Source of the DNA: a virus
Taxonomy: Duplodnaviria > Caudoviricetes
DNA length: 64,000 nt
IMG/VR virus record: IMGVR_UViG_3300005937_000010
Location: 8,089 to 72,088 of that record
Strand: one strand, 5' to 3'
In this document: one piece after another, positions 18,298 through 27,446 of the stretch
Layout: each line of letters starts with the position of its first letter
Numbering within the stretch: the stretch's first letter is position 1
Notes under the pieces: generated by a model
What the model was told of the DNA's origin: nothing
Database searches by the model: none
The model's input: the letters and a program-made list of their open reading frames with translations, nothing else
Made by a program: the position numbers and the translations under genes

Positions 18298-21200
18298 ATG
18301 TCGCACGAGCCTTACACCACCACCACGAGCCAGCGCGTCTACGCCAGCATGACGGAGCGCCGCGAGCGGTACGCCAGCCTGGAGCGGCTGCCGTCCACGC
18401 CGGACACCACGTGGAACGTGGCGCGCTGCCAGGACACGCACTGCCACGTCCTCTACGTGTGGCCTCGCGGCCTCGCCAGCCTGGAGGACGGAGCCACGCT
18501 CCGGTGCGTCCGCTGCGGCGCTCCGCTGGCGCGGACTACCCGCGAGGCACGCGGAGCCTGGAGCCTCTACCCGCTGGAGGACTTGGCAGCCGCGTACGGC
18601 CGTGCCCTGGAGCGCCAGGACGCCGCTGCGGCCTCGGACGCGGAGTACCTCGCGGCGCTGGAGGCCAGCGGCACCACGAGCGCGGACGGACTGGCGTACG
18701 CCAGGCAACTGCGGACGGAGACTCGCGCCACGATGCGCAAGCCGCTGGAGGCCAAGCTCCGCAAGCTCCGCAAGGCAATGGCTGCGGAGGCTGCCAAGCT
18801 CGCGGAGGCCGCTGCCGTCCGCGAGGCCGTGGACGCGGAGACGGACGCGGAGTACGTGGCCATGGCCTCCACGATGCGGCTGCCGCAGCCGGAGGCCACG
18901 GAGCCGGAGCACCACACGGACGCGGAGCCTGCCACGCCAGCGCAAGCCGTTCTACTGGCTGCCCTGGAGGCTGGCACTGCCAAGCTCGTGCCGTCCACGG
19001 AGGCCGTGGAGGCTGCGAAGGCTGCCGCTGCGGAGACGGCTGCCAAGCTCCGCGCGGAGCACGAGGCCGCGAGGACGGAGCGCGTCCACGCCTCGGATGC
19101 CTACCGCGCGTCCAGGACGCCGGAGGACGATGCCAAGACACTGGAGCGCGTCCAGGCTGCGGACTACGCGCTGCGGCAGACACGCGCTGCCCTGGAGGCC
19201 GCTGGCGTCCTGCCGCAGCCGCGCGTCCACACGTACGCCAGCACGTCCGAGGCGTACAACCGCAGCCAGTGCGACGATGCCGTACAGGACGGAGACGTGC
19301 TCCGCGTGCCGTCCGAGGACGCTGCGGCCGTCATGGTGTCCGCGTGGCCAACCGCTGCCACGGAGGCCACCGCTGGCGAGGCTTTCCACGTGCTCGCGGA
19401 TGGCGAGGACTGGAGCGCGCTGCCTGCCGTCCTGGACGGAGGCCGCACGGACTACGCGGAGTCCGCTGCCGTCATGGCTGCGGAGCTTGCGGAGGACGCC
19501 ACGCTGCGGACGCTGGCTGCGGACTTGGCAGCCAAGCCGCTGGAGGCCAGCGCGCTCGTGGCTCCGGAGGACGTGCCTACGCTGGCTGCCAAGCTCGTGC
19601 CTGGCGTGCTCGTGGAGCACGTGGAGTCCGGAGCGCGTGGCACGGTGGCAGGCACGCCAGCGCCGCAGCGGAGCGCTGGCAATGCGCTCTATGTCCGCGT
19701 CCGCTGGCAGCACGAGTATGCGCGCGAGGCTGGCGCGCTCGTGGCCATCCGGAGGCTCCGCATCGTGGAGGACGGCTCCAGCACTGCCAAGCTCGTGGAG
19801 CCGCAGCCGGAGGCTCCGCAGCCGGAGGCCGTAGAGTCCGTCCGCGTCTACGCGGAGGCTGCGGAGCGCCGCGAGGCACGCGCGGCCGTCTACGGCACGG
19901 AGGCCACGGAGGACGTGCTGCCGCTCGCGCATGCCATGGCTGCGGCGTGGAGCCATGCTGGAGGCCAGCCGGAGGACATGCCATCGGACGCCGGAGCCGT
20001 GCTCCGCGCGCTGGACGCGCGCATGCTGGAGACGGCTGGACGGCTGCGGTACGCGCGCATGGCCACCGCTCGCGGAAACTTGGCAGCGTCCATGGACGCG
20101 CTGGAGGCCGCTCTAGCCTCCGCTCGCGCGTCCGAGGCTGGCAGCCTGGACGAGTCCTCGGAGGCCGTCACGGAGCCGCACACGGCCTCGGAGGCCATGC
20201 CAGCGCCAGGCTTGTCCGGACTTGGCTGGACGGAGCTTGCGGACGGAGACGAGGACGCGGAGCGCTGCCGTGGCTGCGGCTGCCGCGCGGACTGGCACGA
20301 TGCCATGGACGGAGCGTGTCCGGAGGACACGGAGGCTCCGCATCCGTACAGCATGGCAGCGGATGCCCTGGAGGACGAGGACACGCCGGAGGCCGTGGAG
20401 ACTGCCAAGCTCCACGCGCTGGCAGCCGCAGCCGTGGAGGCCACGGACTGGAGCATGTCCGCGCTGGAGGACGTGTCCGCGCTCGTGCTGGACTACCGCG
20501 AGGCCACCGCTGCCGCGTACGGAGCGGATGCGCGCGAGGCTGCCAAGCGGACGCGCGAGGCCATCCGGCACGCGCTGGCAGACATGGACGGAGCCACGTA
20601 CGCGCTCGTGCCGGACGCCACGCTGCGGCTGGCTGGCATGCCCTACGTGGAGCGCCAGTGCTCCGGCACGGAGGACGGCTGGCTGTACTACGTGCTCCAG
20701 GACGCGGAGCGCGTGGAGGACGCCGGAGGCTGGACGGACGCGGAGCCTGCCTGGCTGGAGGCTGCGGACTTGGCACGGCTGGCCATGCTGGACGATGCGG
20801 AGCGCCACGCGGTGGACGCGCTGCGCAGTGCCATGCAAGGCAGCGCGGAGGACGCATACGGCCTCGCCATCCTCGTGCTGGAGCCGTCCGGCTGGCACGT
20901 CCTGGAGTACCGCGAGGCCACGGCCTCGGACGGCTGGACGCCGGAGCGGATGCGCACGAGCGCACTCGTGGAATACGCGGAGCACGCTGCCAAGCTCGTG
21001 GACGTGGACGGCCTCGTGTGGACGCTGGCAGGCTCCGAGGACGTGCCAGCGCGCTCCGCTGCCCTGGCCACCGTGGACGCGCTGGAGGCCACCGCTGCCA
21101 AGCTCGCGGACTGCGAGGCCGTGTGCCAGCGGCTCCGCGTGGAGCTTGCGGACATGGCCAGCCGGACGCTGCCGGACTTCCGGAGCGCGGACGGCTCCGC

Positions 21201-21444
21201 GCTCGTGTGCCTGCCTGGCGCAGTGCTGCCGGACGGCCGTGGCTCCGTGGTGGTGGCTGCCAGCGCGTCCAGCGCGCACGTATGGCACGTCCTGGCCATG
21301 CGTCCAGGCTGGCACGCTGCGGACACGTACTACGTGGCCACGTACGCGCGGCCGTCCTCGTGTGACACGCCGCAGCGCACGGCTTGGCATGACACGCTCG
21401 CGGCTGCGCTGGCAGACTACGCCAGCCGGACGGAGGCCGTCTAA
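18298..21444 (+). CDS. Large multidomain early protein (1048 aa), polyvalent-protein-like
   Basis: ATG at 18298 after CCCGAAC...GGAG; globular motifs (STSEAYNRSQCDDAVQDGDVL; WHVLAMRPG...YYVATY) joined by Ala/Glu linkers. Confidence 0.75.
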   Translation: MSHEPYTTTTSQRVYASMTERRERYASLERLPSTPDTTWNVARCQDTHCHVLYVWPRGLASLEDGATLRCVRCGAPLARTTREARGAWSLYPLEDLAAAYGRALERQDAAAASDAEYLAALEASGTTSADGLAYARQLRTETRATMRKPLEAKLRKLRKAMAAEAAKLAEAAAVREAVDAETDAEYVAMASTMRLPQPEATEPEHHTDAEPATPAQAVLLAALEAGTAKLVPSTEAVEAAKAAAAETAAKLRAEHEAARTERVHASDAYRASRTPEDDAKTLERVQAADYALRQTRAALEAAGVLPQPRVHTYASTSEAYNRSQCDDAVQDGDVLRVPSEDAAAVMVSAWPTAATEATAGEAFHVLADGEDWSALPAVLDGGRTDYAESAAVMAAELAEDATLRTLAADLAAKPLEASALVAPEDVPTLAAKLVPGVLVEHVESGARGTVAGTPAPQRSAGNALYVRVRWQHEYAREAGALVAIRRLRIVEDGSSTAKLVEPQPEAPQPEAVESVRVYAEAAERREARAAVYGTEATEDVLPLAHAMAAAWSHAGGQPEDMPSDAGAVLRALDARMLETAGRLRYARMATARGNLAASMDALEAALASARASEAGSLDESSEAVTEPHTASEAMPAPGLSGLGWTELADGDEDAERCRGCGCRADWHDAMDGACPEDTEAPHPYSMAADALEDEDTPEAVETAKLHALAAAAVEATDWSMSALEDVSALVLDYREATAAAYGADAREAAKRTREAIRHALADMDGATYALVPDATLRLAGMPYVERQCSGTEDGWLYYVLQDAERVEDAGGWTDAEPAWLEAADLARLAMLDDAERHAVDALRSAMQGSAEDAYGLAILVLEPSGWHVLEYREATASDGWTPERMRTSALVEYAEHAAKLVDVDGLVWTLAGSEDVPARSAALATVDALEATAAKLADCEAVCQRLRVELADMASRTLPDFRSADGSALVCLPGAVLPDGRGSVVVAASASSAHVWHVLAMRPGWHAADTYYVATYARPSSCDTPQRTAWHDTLAAALADYASRTEAV

Positions 21445-21596
21445 TGGCTGCCCTGGCTTGCGGCTTCGCTGCCGCTGCCATGGCCATGGCGTGCCTGGCC
21501 GCGAGCATGGACGCCACGAGCCAGCTAGTGGCGCTCGTGCTGGCCATGCTCTACCTGGCGTGCTCCGTGCTCGCAGCCTGGAGCACGCGGCACTAG
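21444..21596 (+). CDS. 50-aa hydrophobic membrane peptide
   Basis: TAATG overlap; MAALACGFAAAAMAMACLAASMDATSQLVALVLAMLYLACSVLAAWSTRH. Confidence 0.45.
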   Translation: MAALACGFAAAAMAMACLAASMDATSQLVALVLAMLYLACSVLAAWSTRH

Positions 21597-22010
21597 CTGC
21601 CAAGCTCCGCGCGCAAGCTCGCGCGCTCCACGCTCTACCTGGACGGCCTCCACGCGGAGGCCGTCCGTGCGTCCGAGGCCGTGTGCGGCCTCGTGTGCCG
21701 CTGCCAAGCTCTAGGCAAGGCAAGCGGCCAGGCTCGTGCTGGCGTGGCCGCACGGAGCCAGCCACGGCCTCGCAGCGGCATGCCAGCCGGACGGCCTCCA
21801 CCGTGCTGCGGCCTCCGGCGTCCAGGACGGCCGCAAGCTCGCGGACGCCGGACGCGCTGTAAGGCTCCAGGACGGCCGCTCGCGCGAGGCCATGCCAGGG
21901 CATGCCTGGCAGCCTCGGAGGCCGCGAGACGGCCGCACACGGCCTCGCAGCGGCGTGCTCGTGCCCTGGACGCTGGCACGTCCTGGCACGCGGCCTCGTG
22001 TCAAATAGAT

Positions 22011-22034
22011 GGACGGCCGCTCGCGCGGCCGTCC
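22011..22034 (-). terminator. GNRA-loop hairpin between convergent genes
   Basis: GGACGGCCGC-TCGC-GCGGCCGTCC, perfect 10-bp stem. Confidence 0.6.
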
Positions 22035-22062
22035 AGGTAGTGCGTCTATGTCCGGCTGCGGA

Positions 22063-23016
22063 CTACAGCCGGAGGCCGTACGGCCGCAGTACCTCGCGGA
22101 TGGCCTCCGCGAGCTTGTCTGCCTCCAGGTACGTGCCGTCCGTGTCCTGGCTGCGGAGCATGGTGCGGATGGCTCCGATGGCCTCCGCGTATCCGTAGCC
22201 ACGGACGGCCTCGCACCACGAGGCCAGCGCGTCAAGCTCGCGGCGTGCTGCCTGGCGCTCCGCGAGCGGTAGCCTGGAGCGCGCTGCCGGATAGCCAGGC
22301 TTGGCATTGTTTCGGATGCGCTCCGGCACGTCCAGCGCGCGGCGCTCCAGCCGTGCGCTCCAGGCTGCGGATTCGGACACGTAGCCAGTGCTGGCCAGCG
22401 CGTACAGCGTGGAGTCCTGGCCACCATGCCAAGCCGCTGCGGAGGCCATAGCGTCCGCTGGCGTATAGACGTGGCTGGAGCACACTACCTCGCCTCCGTC
22501 CAGGCATAGCCAGCCGTCCGCGTAGACGGCAGCGCCGCACACGTCGCACGAGCTTGGCATGCCGTCCTCCGGCTCCGATACAAGCTCCGTCCAGTGCGCT
22601 CCGCTGCCATCCGTGCCGGACTTGCGGCCGTAGCCTCCGTCCATGTCCACGAGGTAAACGTCTACGCGCTGGCGCTCGTGCTCGCGGACTGCCTGGAATG
22701 CGTCCACGAGCCTGGAGTCTAGTGCCAAGCTCCAGTGCTCGCACCATGTCTCCAGCACGTCCGGAGCGCCACCGTGGAGCTTGCCTCCGTCCGCACGAGT
22801 GAATAGGACGGACGCCACATGCTCGCGCAGCGCGTCCTCCACGTACTGGAGGCCGTCCGTAGTCAAGTCCTCATCTAGCAGGACGCCACATTCGTCGCAG
22901 TGTGATGGCGAGTCCGTCTCGCCTCCGATGGTAGGACTGGCGTCCTCCGGAGCGCAGTCCTCGCACCATAGGCAGGCAGCCTCCGGAGCGTAGTACGGAG
23001 TCCGTGCGTCCATCAC
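22063..23016 (-). CDS. Early protein with Cys motifs
   Basis: CEDC, ETDSPSHCDECG, CDVCG motifs; GGAGG RBS. Confidence 0.65.
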   Translation of the reverse strand: MMDARTPYYAPEAACLWCEDCAPEDASPTIGGETDSPSHCDECGVLLDEDLTTDGLQYVEDALREHVASVLFTRADGGKLHGGAPDVLETWCEHWSLALDSRLVDAFQAVREHERQRVDVYLVDMDGGYGRKSGTDGSGAHWTELVSEPEDGMPSSCDVCGAAVYADGWLCLDGGEVVCSSHVYTPADAMASAAAWHGGQDSTLYALASTGYVSESAAWSARLERRALDVPERIRNNAKPGYPAARSRLPLAERQAARRELDALASWCEAVRGYGYAEAIGAIRTMLRSQDTDGTYLEADKLAEAIREVLRPYGLRL

Positions 23017-23960
23017 GCTACCTCCGTCCGCACGAGCTTGGCACGAGCGGCCACGGCCTCGGACACTGCCTCGGACACGAGTCCGTAGTCTGACACGATG
23101 GCGTCTAGCTGGCGCTCCACGGACTCCGCACGGCTGGACGTGTCAAGCTCGCAGCCTCCGATAGAGGACGTGCCAAGCTCCACGCCAGCCGCGTACGCGG
23201 TGGCCACCACGTAGACGGCCTCGCGGCCGTGGATGGCAGTCCGCAAGTCCGCAGCCACGTACTGCCGCGCGAGGCAGTCTGCCTCGTGCCTGGCGTAGCC
23301 AAGCTTGCGGAGGCCAGCCACGTGCTCGCGGTACGGCATGTCCGGCACAAAGTAGGCATACGTGCCACGCTCGCGCGGCTCCGGCAGTGCCACCGCATCC
23401 GGCGTCCAGCCGTTTTGAAACTTGCCACGAGTCCAGTAGTCCGGATCGTAGTCCGCACGAGCCACCACGGAGACGGAGTAGCCACGCTCCACGAGCTTGG
23501 CAGTCCAGCCGTAGCCGTCCTCCGTCCAGTCCAGTGCCGGAGCCGGAGCCTGGCTGGCGTAGTGCCAAGCCGTGGACGCCGGATACCGCTCGTGCTCCGT
23601 GCGAAGCTTGCGGTACCGCTCGCGGCGTGCCTCGTGCTCCGCAGCCTTGCGCTCCAACCGCAGCCGCTTGCGCTCCGCGCGCTGCCAAGCCTGGACTTGT
23701 GCCAGCGTCCACGCGGACGGCTCCAGCACGAGGCTGCCAGAATCGTCCAGCCGGACGCTGCCGATTGCCTCGCCACCGTAGCCAGCACTGCCGCGCGTGG
23801 CCACGAGCCGGACGGCATCGCTGCCGTCCGCGTCCACGTGTGCCGTGGCCTCCGTGCCTACGTGCCAGCCACGGACGTGGCAGGTTACTCCGCTCCAGGC
23901 AGTACCGCAGCGCGTGGCCTCGCCACGGCTGCCCTGGAGACTGCCGTAAAAGTGTGACAT
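23013..23960 (-). CDS. Early hypothetical protein
   Basis: MSHFYGSLQGSRGEATRCG phage-type N-terminus; GGAGG RBS. Confidence 0.7.
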   Translation of the reverse strand: MSHFYGSLQGSRGEATRCGTAWSGVTCHVRGWHVGTEATAHVDADGSDAVRLVATRGSAGYGGEAIGSVRLDDSGSLVLEPSAWTLAQVQAWQRAERKRLRLERKAAEHEARRERYRKLRTEHERYPASTAWHYASQAPAPALDWTEDGYGWTAKLVERGYSVSVVARADYDPDYWTRGKFQNGWTPDAVALPEPRERGTYAYFVPDMPYREHVAGLRKLGYARHEADCLARQYVAADLRTAIHGREAVYVVATAYAAGVELGTSSIGGCELDTSSRAESVERQLDAIVSDYGLVSEAVSEAVAARAKLVRTEVA

Positions 23961-24140
23961 GTCCTCTACCTCCAGTCCTTTTCAAGTCTTGGCATGGAGC
24001 CAGCCGGACGCCGGATAGGCTCCGTGCTGGCGTCAAGCTCGCGGCCGTGGCGTACGTGGAGCGCCACGCTCGTGCGTGCTGGCTTGGCAGCCAGCGCCGC
24101 GCGTAGTGCGTCCTCGCGCGTGGCGTAGACGGCAGCCACG

Positions 24141-24344
24141 CTAGACACGGACGGACTCCGGCAGCACGATGGCTCGTGCTGCCTCCGCTGCCGCGTAGAG
24201 CTTGGCAGCCATCGGACTCGTGGTGTCCTCGGACGCGCGCAGCGTGTCCTCCACGAGCCATACAGTGCGGAGCCGTCCAGTCCGGACGGACTCCACGCGC
24301 TGGCGCTCCGTGGCGCTGGCGCTGGACTTGCGATTACTTGGCAT
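24141..24344 (-). CDS. Early hypothetical protein
   Basis: MPSNRKSS; CCCGAAC plus GGAGG leader. Confidence 0.55.
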   Translation of the reverse strand: MPSNRKSSASATERQRVESVRTGRLRTVWLVEDTLRASEDTTSPMAAKLYAAAEAARAIVLPESVRV

Positions 24345-24783
24345 GTCTGCCTCCGTAGGTTCGGGTGGAGCCTCGCAAGCCGCGAGGCACTGCCAAGATA
24401 GCACACGGCTGCGGCTGTCTGCCAAGTCCTCGCGCGAGGCTGCCTGCCAAGCTCGTGCTACGCTCGCAGCCTTGCCAGCTAGACGGAGGTAGACATGCCA
24501 GGACGGTAGTCCGCTGGACATAGACGGAGCACGCCACACGAGCACGGCCGCGAGGCCGTGCGGCTTGGCATGCTCGCGGACTGCCTGGCGCGCTGGCGTG
24601 CCTGGCTGCCTCCGGCTGCCTCCAGGACGGCCGCTCCGGCGTGCCTCCAGGACGGAGGACGGACGGCCGCTCCGAGGACGTGGAGCGGCCGTCCAGCGCC
24701 GCGCGCTCCGAGGACGTGGAGCGCCGCAGCGGCGTGCTCGCGGCTGCCATGCCACGAGCCGCGAGCGGTAGCCAGCCTACCAA

Positions 24784-24829
24784 GTTAGTGGCCACTAACA
24801 TGTGACAAGCCGCCCGAAGGCGGCTTGTC
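24784..24829. terminator. 16-bp perfect palindrome followed by UUCG-loop hairpin
   Basis: GTTAGTGGCCACTAAC; GACAAGCCGCC-CGAA-GGCGGCTTGTC. Confidence 0.55.
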
Positions 24830-24863
24830 CTGGCACGGCGACATCGGTCAAACTTGCCTGGCA

Positions 24864-25109
24864 TCACACGGCTGCCAAGCTTGGCTCGTACGCGGCATCG
24901 AACATGTTTGGCACGTCCAGGACGGCGAACGGATGCCGGAAGCATTCCAGCGCTCCGGCGCGCGTCGTGGCGTAGAGCGTGTGGATGAGGACTCCGTGCC
25001 AGTCCAGGACGTGGACTTCGTAGCCATCGTCCACGCCACCCATGTAGAGCACCACGCTGCCGCCGTTGCCAGGGATCGTCCTCGCGTCTACCTCGATTCT
25101 CTGTGTCAT
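24864..25109 (-). CDS. Early hypothetical protein
   Basis: CCCGAACCGAACCGGAGG leader. Confidence 0.65.
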   Translation of the reverse strand: MTQRIEVDARTIPGNGGSVVLYMGGVDDGYEVHVLDWHGVLIHTLYATTRAGALECFRHPFAVLDVPNMFDAAYEPSLAAV

Positions 25110-25169
25110 AGCTACCTCCGGTTCGGTTCGGGAATCGGCGTTGTTTTTGTTTTCGTTTTTGCTTTTGCT

Positions 25170-25379
25170 TTACGGCTTGGCAGGAAACACGTCCAGGACT
25201 TTTCCGTGGTAATCAATCCGGAACATGTCCTCCTGCATATTCGTGGCCGCGAATGTCACGCGGCACGGAGCTTGGCACGTGTGCGGGCTGTCGCCAGCCT
25301 GCGCGAGCACGGCGGTGTAGAGCACGGCCGCAACGATGCCAAGCACGAGGCTGGCTGCTAGCGTGGCTGCGAGCTTCAC
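25170..25379 (-). CDS. Small secreted or membrane protein
   Basis: GTG start; N-terminal hydrophobic helix. Confidence 0.5.
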   Translation of the reverse strand: MKLAATLAASLVLGIVAAVLYTAVLAQAGDSPHTCQAPCRVTFAATNMQEDMFRIDYHGKVLDVFPAKP

Positions 25380-25708
25380 GAGTAGAACCGTCCCATCACG
25401 ACGCGCTCCGCGTCCACCGTGCCGTCGTCCTCGCGCACGTAGCGGATGAGCCACCCGGAGAAAAACGTGTCCGACATGTAGCCGTCCCACACTGCCAAGG
25501 GCGAGTCCTCCGGGCCAGTCCAGCGGGTGAACTCGTCCAGCGGCACGAGGCTGCCCTTGTACCGCACGAAGCTGGCGCTATCGCGCCCGTCCTCGATAGC
25601 TTGCCAGTCCAGGTAATCGAAGTCCTCGCGCTCCGCGAGCGTAAGCTCGTGCGCCTCCACCACGTCGCGCGGCACGTTGTTCGTGATGATCGTAAGCTTG
25701 TCATCCAT
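25376..25708 (-). CDS. Phage early hypothetical protein
   Basis: TIITNNVPRD...FDYL...WDGYMSDTFFSG; CCCGAAC plus GGAGG leader. Confidence 0.7.
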   Translation of the reverse strand: MDDKLTIITNNVPRDVVEAHELTLAEREDFDYLDWQAIEDGRDSASFVRYKGSLVPLDEFTRWTGPEDSPLAVWDGYMSDTFFSGWLIRYVREDDGTVDAERVVMGRFYS

Positions 25709-25762
25709 GGCTACCTCCAGGTTCGGGAAAGGGCAGTGTAGCAGCTTGGCAGTAGAACGCAA

Positions 25763-25784
25763 GACGGCCGCTTGCGCGGCCGTC
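25763..25784 (-). terminator. GNRA-loop hairpin with the same stem as 22011
   Basis: GACGGCCGC-TTGC-GCGGCCGTC. Confidence 0.55.
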
Positions 25785-25795
25785 CCGTCGTCCTG

Positions 25796-25870
25796 CTAGA
25801 CGTAGTAGAGCTTGGCAAGGACGAAGATGATCGTCACCGTCCAGCCGCATACCAGCCAAGCCGTCCTCAC
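25796..25870 (-). CDS. 24-aa TM peptide
   Basis: GTGA overlap; MRTAWLVCGWTVTIIFVLAKLYYV. Confidence 0.4.
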   Translation of the reverse strand: MRTAWLVCGWTVTIIFVLAKLYYV

Positions 25871-26901
25871 GCGGCCACTACCTCGCGGATCGTCTTCACG
25901 AGGTTCGCCTTGGCAGGATTGTCCGTGAGAAGCGTCCGCTTCACGTAGGAGTCCTGCGAGCGGTACGCGCGGAGATGATCGAAATACTCCACGCCAGCCA
26001 GGTGGAGGCCGTAGCCGGTCAGGACGTGCCCTTCGGGGATCGTCTGTCCCATGAAAAGCGCGTTGACCTTGGCACGCTCCGCCTCGATATTGGACTTGAC
26101 ACGATCCGTCGTGGCGGGCGAGTTGGACAGCGCGCCGTCCTTGTCACCGATGATCGTGGACACGAACAAATCGCGCTGCGACGGCGTGACAGGCATCTTG
26201 CACAGAGCCAGCATGGCCTCGCGGTACACGTCCACCTGCTCGCGCGTGCCCTTGACGACGGCCTTGGCATCCTCGATGCGGTCGTGGACATTCTTCGTGT
26301 GCCGGAACGTGAAGTTCGTGCCAAGCGCCTTGCCCTCTGCCTCGGAGGCCGCGACGGTGTTCGCACAGACCTGGCGAATCGTGCCGGAGCGGACGCGGAG
26401 GCTGGACGTGCCATCGTGGCTCCAGGACAGGCAGCCGAAGGGCAGGATCGTGGAGTCCTCGCCAGGCAGCGTGATCGGTTCGTCCAGCATGAGCGTCAGG
26501 GCGCACACGCGGCCTTCGTCCAGCGTGATGCCCGTCTCATACTGGAAGCCTTGATCGAACAGTAGCTCCGCGACATCGTAGGCCACGTCGTTTTGGATGA
26601 CCTCGTACGTGTCCTTGACGACGTTGAGGATGTCGCCGCTCGTGGAGTGGATGAGCGCCTTCCAGCCGTCCGCGCGCTTGCCACCGTAGAGCGTGCCGTC
26701 CTCGGAGACGACGGTCGGCCGGTTCTCTGCCAAGTCCTCGCGGGCCTTGCCCTGGACGACGATGGCCGTCTCGCCAACGCGGAAGTCGTGGCCTGCGAGG
26801 CGCATGGCCTCCTCGCGGCCGGGATAGTCGTCCAGGACGATGCCCTGGCCGTGCCAGGCAGGCTCGCGGACGAAGAAACCTTGATCGAATAGTGCGGGCA
26901 T
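25867..26901 (-). CDS. DUF932-family protein
   Basis: REPAWHGQG, YEVIQN, SWSHDGTSSL, IRQVCANT, FRHT motifs. Confidence 0.85.
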   Translation of the reverse strand: MPALFDQGFFVREPAWHGQGIVLDDYPGREEAMRLAGHDFRVGETAIVVQGKAREDLAENRPTVVSEDGTLYGGKRADGWKALIHSTSGDILNVVKDTYEVIQNDVAYDVAELLFDQGFQYETGITLDEGRVCALTLMLDEPITLPGEDSTILPFGCLSWSHDGTSSLRVRSGTIRQVCANTVAASEAEGKALGTNFTFRHTKNVHDRIEDAKAVVKGTREQVDVYREAMLALCKMPVTPSQRDLFVSTIIGDKDGALSNSPATTDRVKSNIEAERAKVNALFMGQTIPEGHVLTGYGLHLAGVEYFDHLRAYRSQDSYVKRTLLTDNPAKANLVKTIREVVAA

Positions 26902-26939
26902 GGCGTACCTCCTAGTTCGGATTGATTCGGGCAAGCACC

Positions 26940-26968
26940 ACGGTACAGATAGTCCTATCGGATGTCAA
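26940..26968 (-). promoter_or_regulatory. Sigma-70-type promoter of DUF932 operon
   Basis: TTGACA-17-TACCGT; spacer holds the inverted repeat GATAG-GA-CTATC. Confidence 0.7.
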
Positions 26969-26990
26969 GGTTAGGATTATCTAAACACGA

Positions 26991-27010
26991 AGGCCGGGTT
27001 TCCCCGGCCT
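26991..27010 (-). terminator. Intrinsic terminator
   Basis: AGGCCGGG-GAAA-CCCGGCCT followed by TCGTGTTT on minus strand. Confidence 0.6.
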
Positions 27011-27037
27011 CCGTCGTCCGTAGCTTGGCAGGCTTGT

Positions 27038-27232
27038 CTACTCGGTGACTACCTCGTATGTCTTGCGGTCGTCTCCGTCCGGTAGAGCCTGGAGCGCCTT
27101 GGCAGGTACCTCGCGCACGTAGCCGAAGGCATCCCTGACTTCCGCCTTCCGCCCGGTGCGCGAGAGCACGGTGACAAGCTCGCCGTCCAGCATGGCACGC
27201 TCGCGCTTAGCCTTTTCCATGCTTGCCTCCAT
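27038..27232 (-). CDS. Small SH3/KOW-like hypothetical protein
   Basis: GELVTVLSRTGRKAEVRDAFG beta pattern. Confidence 0.5.
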   Translation of the reverse strand: MEASMEKAKRERAMLDGELVTVLSRTGRKAEVRDAFGYVREVPAKALQALPDGDDRKTYEVVTE

Positions 27233-27446
27233 TACCGTTACGGTGCTGGCTGGCGTTCCGCGTGGCCGCGTACGGCCACTCGTCCATGGAGCGCACTGTC
27301 ACGTCCACGGAGTCGTGGCCATCGGGTGGCATGAAACCGATCCGGCGCAGTCCGGCGCGGAGCCAGAGAATGAATCCGAGAAACTCCACGGCAATCCATG
27401 CCAAGATGGCGAAGAATGCGAAGCTGCCGAAGATGGCCTCACGCAT
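27207..27446 (-). CDS. Membrane protein
   Basis: MREAIFGSFAFFAILAWIAVEFLGFILWL. Confidence 0.5.
   Translation of the reverse strand: MREAIFGSFAFFAILAWIAVEFLGFILWLRAGLRRIGFMPPDGHDSVDVTVRSMDEWPYAATRNASQHRNGNGGKHGKG

Noticed and set aside
17157-21365. 1402-aa plus-strand ORF and other long overlapping ORFs at 18-24 kb
   Set aside because: Arg/Gly/Ala-rich shadow frames that stay open because stop-forming words are scarce here. The 18298-21444 frame has the RBS and protein-like motifs.
17760-24800. Assembly artefact or low-complexity contaminant
   Set aside because: The region has intact ORFs with phage-type motifs, proper RBSs, and the same TGCCAAG and CCCGAAC signatures as the rest of the genome.
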